Positions 35,363 through 47,700 of a stretch of 64,000 nt of DNA are shown here, piece after piece. The DNA lies in the NCBI GenBank assembly GCA_905178155.1, contig CAJINV010000012.1, positions 1,306,492-1,370,491 of the forward strand, written 5' to 3'. Each line of letters begins with the position of its first letter. Within the stretch, counting starts at the first letter, position 1. The notes under the pieces are model-generated. The model had not been told where the DNA came from, searched no databases, and saw only the letters and a list, made by a program, of their open reading frames with translations. This stretch comes from Amoebophrya sp. A120. Its lineage: Eukaryota; Protista; Dinoflagellata. The position numbers and the translations under genes are program-made.

Positions 35363-38300
35363 TCACACCGCCGCCCGTCGCATCGCGTCCCGCATTCGCT
35401 GCCCCAGTGTCTCCTTCTCCTCTTTGGTCAGTGCGAACGCGGCCCACCGCAGGTATTCCCCAATCTCCCGTTTGTAGCGAAGCTCGAACAAGGATGGAGA
35501 ACAAGCCTTCCCACTGCTAGGAATGGGAAGAACAAGTTCTCTCCCGGTGCATACGTTGAACACCTCCTTCGCTGCAGAGAGGTGCTTCGTTGCCGCTTCC
35601 GATAAAAACCGTAATAGTTCCTCGGGCTGAAGAGAGGAGCAGCTATCTTGGTTTTCATTTTGTTCCGCAGTCGCGACCTCCACCTTTCGCTTCTTCGTTC
35701 CGTGAGTGGAATTATTCTCTGCCGCTTGCTCTTGCGCGACAGCACGAGGGACCACCTCCTCCGCAGTGGTACCATTTTTATTCACGACTGCCCCCCCACC
35801 CCGTTCCCCCTGCAACTGCTCCGCCAACAGGCAGAAGAGGCACAGGAGGTGGTAAACGACAAGAGATTCGTCGTACTTGGAAACCTTTTGCTCCAGCCAG
35901 GGGATACACTCTTTCTCGAACACGTCCACTCGAGCCTGCTGGAACATGCCGAGCTGGATCAGCTGAATAGCCTTCGTGGACAACAACTCTTGGCGGTCCT
36001 TGTCAAGGAGCAGAGTTTTATTCTTATTTTCCTCTTTGTTCATCTTCAAACTTTTATTCGCCTGCTCCACTTTTCCTTTAGCTCTTCCCCCGCCGGCGCA
36101 CTCGGCGTCGTCTACTAACCCGGAGGTTGTCGATCCGAGTAATTCATCCAAAAACGCGATCGCATCCTTTGGCGGGAGGAGATTCAGTTCCGCCTGCAGC
36201 TGGGCGTCGACTTGGGCGTAGAGCTGCTGCTTCTTTTCCAATATGCATCGCAAATACGTCTGGGCCGGGAAACTTGTAATGCTGAGCTGGAAATAGTGAG
36301 TGCCCTGTAATGCACAGCCAAGCATGAGAAGTATTTTCGTGCCTACATGTTCCGGCTTCCGCATGACAAACTGCGTTTCTGCACGACAAGAACATGGGTC
36401 TCTTCTTAGACACGCATCACAAACTCTTCAGTCATGCCAAACAAGCATGGCAAAGTCTGCACCCTTCCAGACCCAGACATCTTTGCATTTGGTATCCACC
36501 TCTTGTTCACTTGTCCGTGTGTTCTTTATTTCCATCTGTGCAGCTCCTTCCGCCACGCACTTTTCGCACTGGCAGACGAAGTCCCGGTTCAAAATCCCGG
36601 CGCGAAACCCCTTGTCCATGGCCAGATCTTCGTGCCCAATGTAGGAGATCTGCAGCTCGGCCCCCTTGGCAACGTCCTGGGTCGCCACGAAGAAGCACAG
36701 GTCGCCGATGGAAAACCGGGACACTATCAAATGCAAAAATGTCTGGGTCCTCTGGAAGGTTGGAGCTTGTGATGCTAACTCTGGACTCCAAAAAAATCTG
36801 TATTGCATGATCAGCAAGAGGAGTGTCTAGTTTCTGCTACGCGGGGCGGGCATTTGTCACGCGGATTAGGCATCAGGAAGGGTTCTAAAAATCTGCGATG
36901 CTAGGTCATGCATTACAGACATTCTGAGTCATGCAAAATCTGCATGGCAAACCCGGCAACATTCCAGACCCAGACATTTTTGCATTTGATAGACACGTTC
37001 GGACTGCAACTGTGGTTGAACATGCTGGCCAGCAGGTAGAGCCCCGTGCCCTGGAACTTTTGGTAATTCAGCGGGTAGGAAAACTGTTCGTTGTTCGTGT
37101 AGAACCCGAGCGCGTTCAGCCGCGTCTTCGCACGGAGCAGCAGCCGGTCCGTCCTCGTGCCGTACTTGGGCTCGAGCAACTCCGCGATCTCCTGCTGCAG
37201 TTCCAGCTTCTGCAGCGCGCTATCCACGGATTCTTCTTCCTCCTCCTCTTCCTCTTCTTCTGACTCGCTCTGACTGTCGCTGTCGTCGGGCTGACTGTCA
37301 TCTGCTCCATCCTCATTCCGCTTGATTCCGCCCCCTCGCTGATGCGCCGGTTTTTTCTCTGTCGCTTGTTTCCTCTGCTGCTGGGATTCCCCTGCTGTAT
37401 TGCGAGTAGTTCTACCGCAAGTTGTACCAGTTTTCGCACTTCTTTCCGAACAGGTGGACGGTGTTGGGGCGGCCGCGTCTTCTTGCTGGCTTTTGTTACC
37501 CATCTCCCCTGGTGAGTCGTTTTTCTTCTCGCTTCGTAACGTACTCTCGATTTCTGCCTTGGACATTAGGAGGCTGGACAACTTGTGCATCCCGGGAAGA
37601 TCATCATTTTCGCTAGTTGCACCACTACCGACGAGCGCGCTTTCATCCTTTTTTTCTTCCAATTCCGCGACCATTTCCTTGCTCAACTCGCCCACTTCCG
37701 TCGGATGCAGGAACTCAATCAGCTCGTCCGGTAAAAAACAGGTCGTGGATTCTGCATCCTCTTCCGACGCTGCATCAGACGTAGCGGTTGTAGCCTGGTT
37801 TTTTGTCGACGTGGTGGTCCTGTTTAACATTTGTTTTTGTTCTTCTCCCCCCTCTTCCTCCTCCCGAAAATCCGGGTCCAACACCACCATCTGACAGGCC
37901 AACGCCTCGGTGTCCACCCCGTTGTCGCCCGCCAGGTCTTCCCATTCCGGGTACGTTCGCTCTAATTCCACGTCTAGGATGCCCAAATACGGCTTCTCGG
38001 CCAGAATCAGCGTGCCGGCCGGTAAAGCCTCCCGGGCGACAAAGCCGCGGCCCTTGGTTGCGTGGGTTTGGACGCGAATCCGCGGATCTCTGGCGAACTG
38101 GATCGGTAGTTCCGTCCCGCCGAGGACCTGTCTGCTCAACAGCACGCTGGAAGCTTGCTTCACCTGCGTGTGTCTTTCCGTTTCTGCTTTGTCCCCCTCG
38201 GCCAAACCCGATTCCCGAAGCACCTCCGCCGCGGAAATAATTTCCTTGTTCAGTTTAGACGAAGCGGGGACTTGTTCCGCTTTCTGTCTCATCTTCAAGT

Positions 38301-38634
38301 GGATTTTCTCGGTCAGTAGTTTCCAGGTCAGTTTCGAGCCGAGCAGCTTATCCTTTTCGAGCCAGTCGTCTATCACACAGAAAAAAGCAGGCAGGTCACA
38401 TTTGTATATGCAGAAATAAATACACAAAAAAATAATGAAAGTCTGTATTGCATATCCCAAACAGCATGCTATGGGGCCGCCCAAGACAAGTTCTTCTGTG
38501 TATTTATTCTTGCATTACAAACTTGACCTGCCTGTCTTTTTCTGTGGGATATCGTCCAAGTCCTGAAAGCAGCCCCGGACATCCAGCACATCCGCCAGCT
38601 GGCTGGACTCGATTCCGCAGACAGTGTCCGCCAT
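35363..38634 (-). CDS. SET-domain (SMYD-type) lysine methyltransferase
   Basis: KGRGFVAREALPAGTLILAEKP; GLYLLASMFNHSCSPNVSRFSIGDLCFFVATQDVAKGAELQISYI (the join is restored by removing 36725-36991); post-SET FVCQCEKC; helical C-terminus. Confidence 0.9.
36242..36494. mobile_element. Introner, family A
   Basis: TSD TCCAA/TCCAC. Confidence 0.85.
36725..36991. mobile_element. Introner, family A
   Basis: TSD GACAC; splits the SET motif NHSCSPNV|SRF. Confidence 0.92.
38371..38551. mobile_element. Introner, family C
   Basis: TSD TCGTC. Confidence 0.9.
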
Positions 38635-39524
38635 GCTTGTTCTTGTTTTCTAGCTTGGTGTGGTACTACTTTACACGACAGTTTTGCCTTGTCTTATCGG
38701 AGGTACTTACCAGAAACGGTAGATGTTGATACTACAAGAACTGGCGTAGTATTTTTATAAGGGGTAAATTTCACGGAAAATGAAAGTCGCCTTGTTGTTT
38801 CTTTTGCTGGGTTTTCCTCTTTCCCGGAGTGCAAGTAAGTACTTCTTCCTGAGATCGTTGTGTGCAAAATTTTTGTTGAAGACCACTTGGCACCAGCAAC
38901 AGGGCTAGAGATCGTCCGTGCCAAGCCACATCAAAAACGACTTGAGGTTTATTTCCCAGGTGCAGAAGATCACTCCATTGTGTGGAATTGGATTCTGCTT
39001 GAGCGCCAAATTTTTCGACGTTGTCATCCAAATAAATTGTATCGATCGATGAAAGTAAGTAGATGTAGATCCAGCACGACAAAATGCTACACCAAAAGTA
39101 GTCGCCATAGCAGACCGCGCATTTCTTTGTGTTCCTGATCGCACTTCCCCCTCGCGCTCCAACGAGGATTATTCGGTTATCATATCAAACAAGCTTGAGT
39201 GGTGAACCAACTCCGCTTCATCACATTTGCTTTCACTTCAAAATGATGAAAATTTTGGTGATCATACGGCAACTTATTCATCCTAGAAACAAGATCTTTG
39301 TTGAAAAGCGCCAGAGATTACTAGCCGCCACCGCCGGCCTATGATGTTCCTGACGGTAAAAACCGCAGCCTACAGGATGTCAGAGAGACCACGCACTGTG
39401 ACGTCTAGCACGATTCATGGATGACGTCTAGTAGCATTGAACATCATACAACGAATTCTAATGCTGATTCTAAACAAAGCACTCTACGACGAGGATTTGT
39501 TGCGATGTTGTTGAAACGGGATCC

Positions 39525-42500
39525 TCATGCGGCGAAGAATTTACTATCGCCATCCCACCTCTCAGCGACCTTGTCTTTTGTTCTCTGCTCCAAATCACAT
39601 CGTTCCTGCAGGAGTTCCCTGATCAGTTCCCTGATCACTACTTCCGGCTGTTCAAATACGCGTCGCAAATTCAACCAGTCTCTGCAACTCGGTTTACTCT
39701 TCCTGGACATCAATTCCTCTTGCCCCGCTGCCCTTTTTTCTTCTACTCCATGCAGCCGGCAATATGCCTCCGCAAGTTCTTGGGCCTTGCCGTAGGCGAA
39801 GAGCGGCGCGAGCTTCGGATTTCTGCGAATGAGAAGAACTTCTTCGAGCAGCGCCTGGACGGAGTGTACGCCGCGAAATAAATTTCGGTACTTTGTCTCT
39901 GCGCTGCCTGGTGGTGCGAGGAAATAAAACCTACTACTTTGCAGAGCGTGTAGAAACCGCATCCTCCGGCACCGCAGTAGCGTTTTGTTCTCGACGCGAG
40001 GACTCGCTTTTGGTGTTGGGATTGACAAAGGTGTCGTACTGCTTCTACACGACGATGATGATGAGTAGACTCCTTTTTCCCATGCGACGCCGACGTGTTG
40101 ACAAGGCGAGGATAAAGAGCTAAGCCAGCTAGAAAAATCTCGAAACACGGACCAGACCCCTCCGCTGCTCTGCGGTATGCGAGAAAACAGAGAGAATTTC
40201 GCTTTCCTCCTCGTCCTCCTCCAGAACCAGATGTTGAATCTCCTAGAAAAGAATCCCTGTCCCTTGTCTACTTTCCGTCGGCGGTAAACTGTCTCCTCCC
40301 CCCACACAACCGGATTCAACATTTTCCGCCGGAAGACAGCTACTATTCCCTGCTCACAGGAGCGACCTCTTATCCGCCGGAAGAGACGCTGGGCGTCGAA
40401 ACGAGCATCACTTCTCCCAAGAAGAGGCAACGCTTTCTCCCTTGTCGCGTCCTCTCGAAGCCGTCGCGGCCGTTTTCGCCGCGCAAACAGAATGTCCGCG
40501 GCTAGCTTGTGAAGCAGCTCAAACCTGGCCAGCTGTCTCCTCGTTTGCCGAAGGCGTTGCTTCGTCGGATCGAGGTCGTGTTGTTCCCACTCCAGCAGCC
40601 ACGCGTCTGGCCATAGAAGTGTCGCCGGAGAAGATGAACAAGGCCGCAAGCTTCCTGCAACCGAAGTTCGTTCTTGGTCTTGCGGCTCTAGTACTCCTTC
40701 CTGTTGGCGCAGTCGCGTTGTAGCTCGTTTTGTATTATACAAAAACTCGGCTACGTGCGACGGAAATTCCTCCACGACGGCCGACGACGAAAATGTTGTG
40801 TTAGAAGTTTTCATCCCTCGACCTGTATCGTGAGGGAAAATATCCCCTCCCAGACCTTGCGTTAGTAAATTTGCAATGCTGATTTGTCGCCACAGATCCT
40901 CTCTGTCTTGCAAGAGGGCAACTTCATAGGCTCCCCCGCATTATGCAAGCGGTTTGTGATGCTGTTGGTCCTACAGTGTGGACGTTTGCCATGCTGGGCG
41001 CCTGTAACAAAACCGCTCTGCTCGGGCTTCGTATATAATGCCTGCAGTGCTCTACTGCAAGACACAGCTGATTTGTGGCCACAAATCAGCATCACAAGTT
41101 TTCTTTTCGATATGCGGAGCGGGGATTTTTCCTTACGATAACCTCTAGTCGGCGCTTTGATGGCCATCGCCAACTCCTCTCCCTCCCGCTTATCAAATGT
41201 AAAAGTGTCTGGGTCTGGAAGAGTCATGCTGTTTTTGCATGACACAGAAGGTCTGGCATGGAAGCGCTAGCATCACAGGTTTCGAGAAGCTTCCGCAATG
41301 CCGAATCCGCATTACAAATCCCCCATTTTGGTGACAGAAAGTGGGCAGCTTTTGCTACCTATGCATGAGAGATTTTTCTGTGTTCTGAAATGCGCATCAC
41401 AAGTTTGTCTTCTTCCAGACCCAAACATTTTTGCATTTGATACCGCTTTCCACTGGACAACAGCATGTGCAAGGCGTGTCCTAGCTCGTGCGCAACAGAG
41501 GACACGTGCACCGGCGGAAACAGATTTCGGACCACCGCGACGGGAACCCCATTCATCTTATGAAAGCCTCAGGTTGGAAATCCCCAAAGTGAAAATAATT
41601 TGTAATGCAAAAAAACGACTCCACTTGAAGCACGATTTGTTCTAGTCGGCGCATGACAAATTTCCCGGGCACTCAAAGCGTGTCTGTCATGCTAGTTAGG
41701 CAAAGGGGTGCCCTTCTCTCGTGTTAATCACCAGCCCAATTCTGAACCCGTAGAAGCACAATGGTCGGCCTCCATTGCGTTTTCTGCAATACAGTCTTTT
41801 CGGTGTCGCAATTCATGCATCACATATTATTTCCACTTTGAGAATTTCCATTCTGAGGCGCTCATACATCTCCGCGCGATCCTTCAGGAACACGGTGCAA
41901 GGGAGCTGCTGCACGACTAGGGGGTTGGAAAAGCGACCATACAGCTTCTGCCCTTCTCCCAGTCTCCTTTGTCCCGAACTGGTGCCACTACTAGTTTCAT
42001 CGCCTTTCCTCAAGTCAAAAATGATCCGGGCTCGTGTCGCAACAGTCGCGGCTTCGTCTTCGTTAGCCGGGGACTGCATTTCTGCGTCTTCTAGACATCG
42101 AAACAAGACTTCGTAACAAGCGAAAAGATCATTTCTCGGCGTGGAGCAGGCCCTATCTGATGTTGACGGCATTGGTGTAATATCCTGCCGAAGTAGTTGC
42201 ACTCCCTCTAGCTGTTGCGAAATCGCATCGACGACATCTCGGATCGCAAGTGCAACGTCCTCCATGGTTTCCAATACCATTCCAGGACGTCGAGTAAAAA
42301 TACTTTCAGCACTTCGTCGTGGCGAACCGAAGATGAGATGTTTAAGGCCCGACAGGAGCAGGCTGAATCTGTCACTCTGCCGGCTCCCTGCGTCTAGAGG
42401 CGGCTCACGCTGCTTGTGCCCTTGCGTGCTGTGGCCTCGAATCCGCCTATCAGCAGTTCGGTTCCACGCACCCCGAGATGAGGTTTTCTGGCGATCCGTC

Positions 42501-42667
42501 GTCGCAATAATCTTTTCCATTTCACTTCCCAACCCACCAACCGCTCTTTCCCGCTCGTATTCGGCGAAGTTTCTGCAATGCCTCGCCCGCGCGGTTCGGT
42601 GGCAGGTGGCCAAATAACGGTAGAGATGAAGCCAAGAGGGAGTCGTGACACCTTGCGCTGTCGCCAT
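39525..42667 (-). CDS. M3-family zinc metallopeptidase-like protein (MIP/oligopeptidase type), divergent
   Basis: PVAVVRNLFPPVHVSSVAHELGHALHMLLS (HExxH) followed by VEEFPSHVAEFL (third-ligand E.PS..E motif of M3). Frame restored by removing 41559-41866, 41191-41442 and 40826-41140. Start may lie further upstream. Confidence 0.65.
40826..41140. mobile_element. Introner, family B
   Basis: TSD ACCTG/ACCTC. Confidence 0.85.
41191..41442. mobile_element. Introner, family A
   Basis: TSD CCGCT. Confidence 0.9.
41559..41866. mobile_element. Introner, family H (~50-bp TIR TATGA..GCCTCAG..TGGAAAT....AAAGTG.AAATAAT.TGT.ATGC)
   Basis: TSD CATCT; join reads RAEMNGVP. Confidence 0.88.
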
Positions 42668-43985
42668 GTCAACAGAGATTCTTGCGCCATTGCCAGCAGG
42701 AAAGGATTTCTTCCTTGTTTGTTCCGACGAGGTGGGAGGACGTCAATGCTGGGGAGACACGAGCTTGCCGAAATGGAAACTCAAATTCTATTTCTTCTAT
42801 GGAGAATATAAGGCAAAGATCTACTTCACCTTCTCGCATCGATAGAGAATACGAATACGTAGCGACAGACGTTTATTACCGGAACTCACTTCCGGCGGCA
42901 CAAGATTTGTAATGAAGACCCGCTCAGTCTTTACACGAACCAGAGGGGCATAACGACGATCCGTGAGAGATCTGATAATTCGGACGAAATGCACTCTCAA
43001 GAACGCGTGGAGTAAGCATCAGACAACCTCCGCGAAGGAGCACCAAGATGCACTGATCTACCACTGCCTGCTTGAAGATTAAGGACAAGGTCTACTTTTT
43101 CCCTCATCCTTCTTTTTGTTTTTCCCCCGTCGATCACGCAGATTGCTACCATTACAAAGGGGCTTTTGCAAAAACGTTTCTCCATGCCGTTGTACGACTC
43201 CGGCTGCTTACGAACAAAAATCAGCGCTCTGTCGTAGTGACGGAGGATTTCGAAATTTTCTGTGTCGTTCATCACAAAGCTTGTTTTGCTGTACTATTTT
43301 GTTCGGCTGCTTTGTCACAGTGGAAAAATTATCTCTATTCTAATCTTCGAAACAGCGCGACGTACAACACAACAACATCAGCAGCTGCAACATCGTATAA
43401 CAAAAGTCAACCATCGTGTGCAAGAAATTCTGCTTTGTGCTTCTGCTTCCGCAAGAGAAATTAGTTTACTTATCACGTAGGAAAATTCCCATGCCGGTCA
43501 TTATCACAGATTTCAGGAAATAAGGGTATATTTGCTGGGCTAAGTACTAATTTGGGCTGCTAGTGGTCTGCGACGAGTGGGAAATAGTACGGCTTGAAGG
43601 CAAGACAAAGGGTCCGAAATTTGAGGGGGGTTCAAAATCCTCGCACACACAAAATCAAAATCTACAGTTCTTCCCCCGAAAAATAAATCTCACACCACGC
43701 ACTTCTTGTTTTTAAAAAATCGATAAGAACACCCAGCAATAAAGTTTCTAATACCGGGGGAGAAGAGAGGAAGCAGGGACGCACCTAAAATGGAAAAAAA
43801 ATTGCGTCGCGCTGTTTTTCTAAATCAAAAAATCGCCACCCTACTACTCATTTCCAAACGCGCCTATTATCCTCGTGGCGGGGTTTTTTGCAGAATGAAA
43901 TCCGTGCGCGAGCAGAGTGAAAACCAGCGCTCGAGCATTTTGCCGCGCGAATTCACTGAAGACCACACCACAAAACTCGCCAGGG

Positions 43986-44237
43986 TATGCATTGCAAATA
44001 TGTCTGGGTCTGGAAACTTGTGATGCTAAAAGTGAATGCGAGTTCCACTGCAGTGCGAAGCCAAGCATGCCAAATTTTTGGGCTCCTGTGTGTTGCGTGT
44101 TCCGCATGGCAAACTGCGTTTTTGCATGACAGGTAAGATGACCGCTGCGTGCCCATGCATCACAGATTCTTGAGTCACGTCAGACAAGCGTGACAAATGC
44201 AGCAATCTTCCAGACCGAGACATTTTTGCATTTGATA
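43986..44237. mobile_element. Introner, family A, host CDS not identified
   Basis: TSD CAGGG/CAGAG. Confidence 0.85.
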
Positions 44238-44724
44238 CAGAGACGAGTCAGTTTATTTTACAGCTGTAATTACCTACACACTTTGGATGAATATCCCTCC
44301 GGCGTGTTTGTGGTCAATCACGGTGCATAGAAGAAACATCAAATGTAGAATACAACTATCGTCGCCAAGTCGTGCTAAAAACTATCATATCCTACTCCAA
44401 AATTTTTACAAAGCGAAGGCGGGGAGTGAATAGCTACTAACTTACAAGAGGTCTTGATCTTTTTCGATTCGCTTGGACATATAATTCTAGGGTTAACTGC
44501 TTAAACTGATCGAAAGAAAAACCTGGTCAGCACTGTGGGCAAGTAAACGTAGTGGCTTCACGTTTCTTTCATCTTGCACCCTGATCCTGAATTTATTTGC
44601 TGTTATTTGAGTTATAATTTGCGAGTTTTTGGTAAGAAAAACCCAATGAAATAAAAAAAGATAAACTAGGTTCAAGTTTGTTTGCACGAGCAAAGATTGT
44701 TGGTGCTGTAACTGGTTCTGCTAC

Positions 44725-47700
44725 TTACTTGCTTTCTGCCCTCCGTTATGAACTGCAAAAATGTCTGGGTGTGGAAGATTGCCAGGTTTGTCATGCATAT
44801 TTTGAAAGACCCATGATGTCTGTGATGCATACTCTAGCATCACAGATTTTTCGAGGGCTTTGCGATGCCTCTCTCGCATGAGAAGTGTCCTCTCCGCGAA
44901 GCACAAACTGGAGTCCTCTTGCTGGTCATGCAATACTAATTTTTCTAGAATCCAAAGACAGCGTCACAAGTTTAGACTCTTCCAGACCCAGACATATTTG
45001 CCATTCATATCCGTTCATACAGCGCGCCCTCGGAACTGCTGGCACTGCTGCTCCTTAAGCCCCCCTGCTCCGCTATCAAGAAGAAAGATCCCCCCTCCCC
45101 ATATTGACAAGGCATGTTTTCAAAGTTTGTCTTGCTGATTTGTGGCGAGAAATCGCGTCTGCCTTGCAAGAAGGCAATTCCACAGACACCCGCCGCATTC
45201 TTGTGCAGGCGGTTTATCATGCTGTTGGGCCTACAGCGCAGACGCTTTTCATGCTAAGCGCCTAGGCCAAAGCCTCTCTACTCAGGCTTGATACGGGTCT
45301 GCAGTCCTCTCCAGCAAGAAAAATCTGATTTGTGTACGCAAATCCCGCATCAGAAACTTCGCTTCGAGCATATGGGGAGGGAATATTTTTCCTTTTGATA
45401 CTCGCGCGTCGTTCCTCTTCATCGGTCTGACACCGCACGTGCAGCCGACTCGCTTGCTTTCGCAACACCCGCGTCGCTTCGGCCATGTCCGCCGCCAAGT
45501 CTTCCGCGCCGGGCAGGGATTTCGCGATCACGTCGACTGCCCGCTTCAGGAGGAACCAAAATTGCATTCCCTTCTCCAGGTCCTGCACGGGTTGCACACA
45601 GCACTGAAAGTTTTCCTCCAGTTTTCCACGGAACTCCGTTACGTCGCCCTCGTAGGTGAGAAAGAAGTTGCAGATGATCCCCAAACACGCGCGTGGGAGT
45701 ATCGCTACAGAAAGAAAGGGCTAGCACTTGTAATGCAAAAATACGCACACAGAAAGATCTGTCATGGGGAAGCCCATCGGAAGATAGATGCTGTGTGCCT
45801 TGTGTAGTCATTTTTGCATTACAAATAACATGCTAGCGCCTTTTGTCTGGGATAGGAAGCGGGAACGCCGGTAGCAACGCGGGGTACTGCAGGTGGTTAT
45901 CCGGTGCTAAAGTATCGCACTCGTATATTAAATGCAAGTCTTGCATTACAAATTTTTTTCTGAAGGTAAATCCGTATTACAAATCTTATCTCTCATGCTG
46001 AGGAAATTTGTAACGCATTTATACGAGTACGATACTTTTGCAGTTCCTAGTGGTTTTTCCGATCCTGCGTCACGCACATGAAATCTTTCGGTAGCTGGTT
46101 TGTGAACTCCAGCTGCGGCAGGAGCAGGGACGCGAGGCAGCTTTCGGACAGCTGCCGCAGGGACCGCTTCAGGATCTTTATCAGGGTGTGAAACCCCGCG
46201 AGGTCAAAATTCACGTCCGAGTTCCACATATCGTTGCGCAGTTTTGGCTATCACGTTGAAAGAACACGCTGTACCCGCGACCCAACTGTGGTCAAGGTGA
46301 GTAAAGACGAACTACTTCTAGGGTAGTACTCAGCTGCACAAGGCCGAAAACTTTCTGCGGCGCTCTGAAGATGTCTCCACAGCGAAATCGTCCTTAGTTA
46401 GCATGATGGGTCGTGCATGACAAATCCACTGTCCTTTGCTGATGAGAGCACGACAACTGCAAAAGCAAGTAGAAGGGCAAGGTGCGAACTATCAAATGCC
46501 TCTCGTGGTCGTTCTCATGCAGGATTTTCCCGCATGAGAAACTTATCGCACATATGAGGATTTGCATGACAAGCTTTATGGGGTGGGTAAGTACGTTCTT
46601 TCTCAACAGGGTAACATCGGCACCAGACTGATTACCCGGTTGATCAGGATGTGCGACTTGTAATCCGGGTGCTACTATGCATTTTCAAAAAGAAGCGCTT
46701 CTATCGCGAGCGCCGTGCAATATCAAACTTGCAGCTGCGAAGATGAATTTTTGATGTCTCATGCAAGTACACTGCCTAAAGAAAAATTTATTTCTCATGC
46801 AACACGGCTGCGGCAAGGCAGGCGCGAAGACGCAGCTTCTTCCCAAGCGTATTTTTGGTGGGTATTCAGTTTGCGACGGAAACGGTTTTTCGGGTACCGC
46901 GGGCTCCTATGGATGGCAAATATGTCTGGATCTGGAAGATTGCAACTTGTCATGCTACATTTGGATTCTACAAAAATCTGCTTTGCATGAACAGCAAAAG
47001 AGGTCCAGCTTCTGCCACGGCGAGAGGGCGTTTCTCATGGGGTATAGGCATCAGGAAGCCGTCACAAAATCTGTGATGCTAGGGCATGCATCACAGCCAT
47101 CACGAGTCATGCAAAATGTGCATGACAGACCTTGCATCCTTCCAGACCCAGACATATTTGCATTTGATAGCTCCCACGTTTCGCCAGACATAACCCCGAA
47201 CTTCATCAGCTCCAAAGCAATGAGGGCGGGCTCGATGAACCTGATAGCGTCGATGGCGCGATTTTTTGTCATGCGAAACAGAGAAGCGACGCTCCGTAGA
47301 TGTTGTCATGCAGAATTCACAACTACACAAACGTGCTACAGTCAGACAGTCATCCTGTTCAAGGCCGGTCTGCTATAGTTTTTATCATTCTCAAAAACCT
47401 CTATACTCCTTCTGTTCGATATCCTGGAGCACATTTCCCAACACTATCCTGTGCAAAAGCATCGCACTCGTACTAGTTGCAGTTATGCATGACAAATTTC
47501 CTTTGCACGCTAAAATAGCATGACAAAATCCATTTTTCATGCTGAGTATGCAATTTATACTAGTACGATGGTTTTGCAATGCATAAACACCGTCATGCCG
47601 CCGTTGGGGCTGAGGAGGTCCAAATTCTCCAAAACCATGAAGTGGCAGTAGGCGGAGAGAGTATTTTTGTCCGCTTCTGCCAGGTATCAAATGCAAAAAT

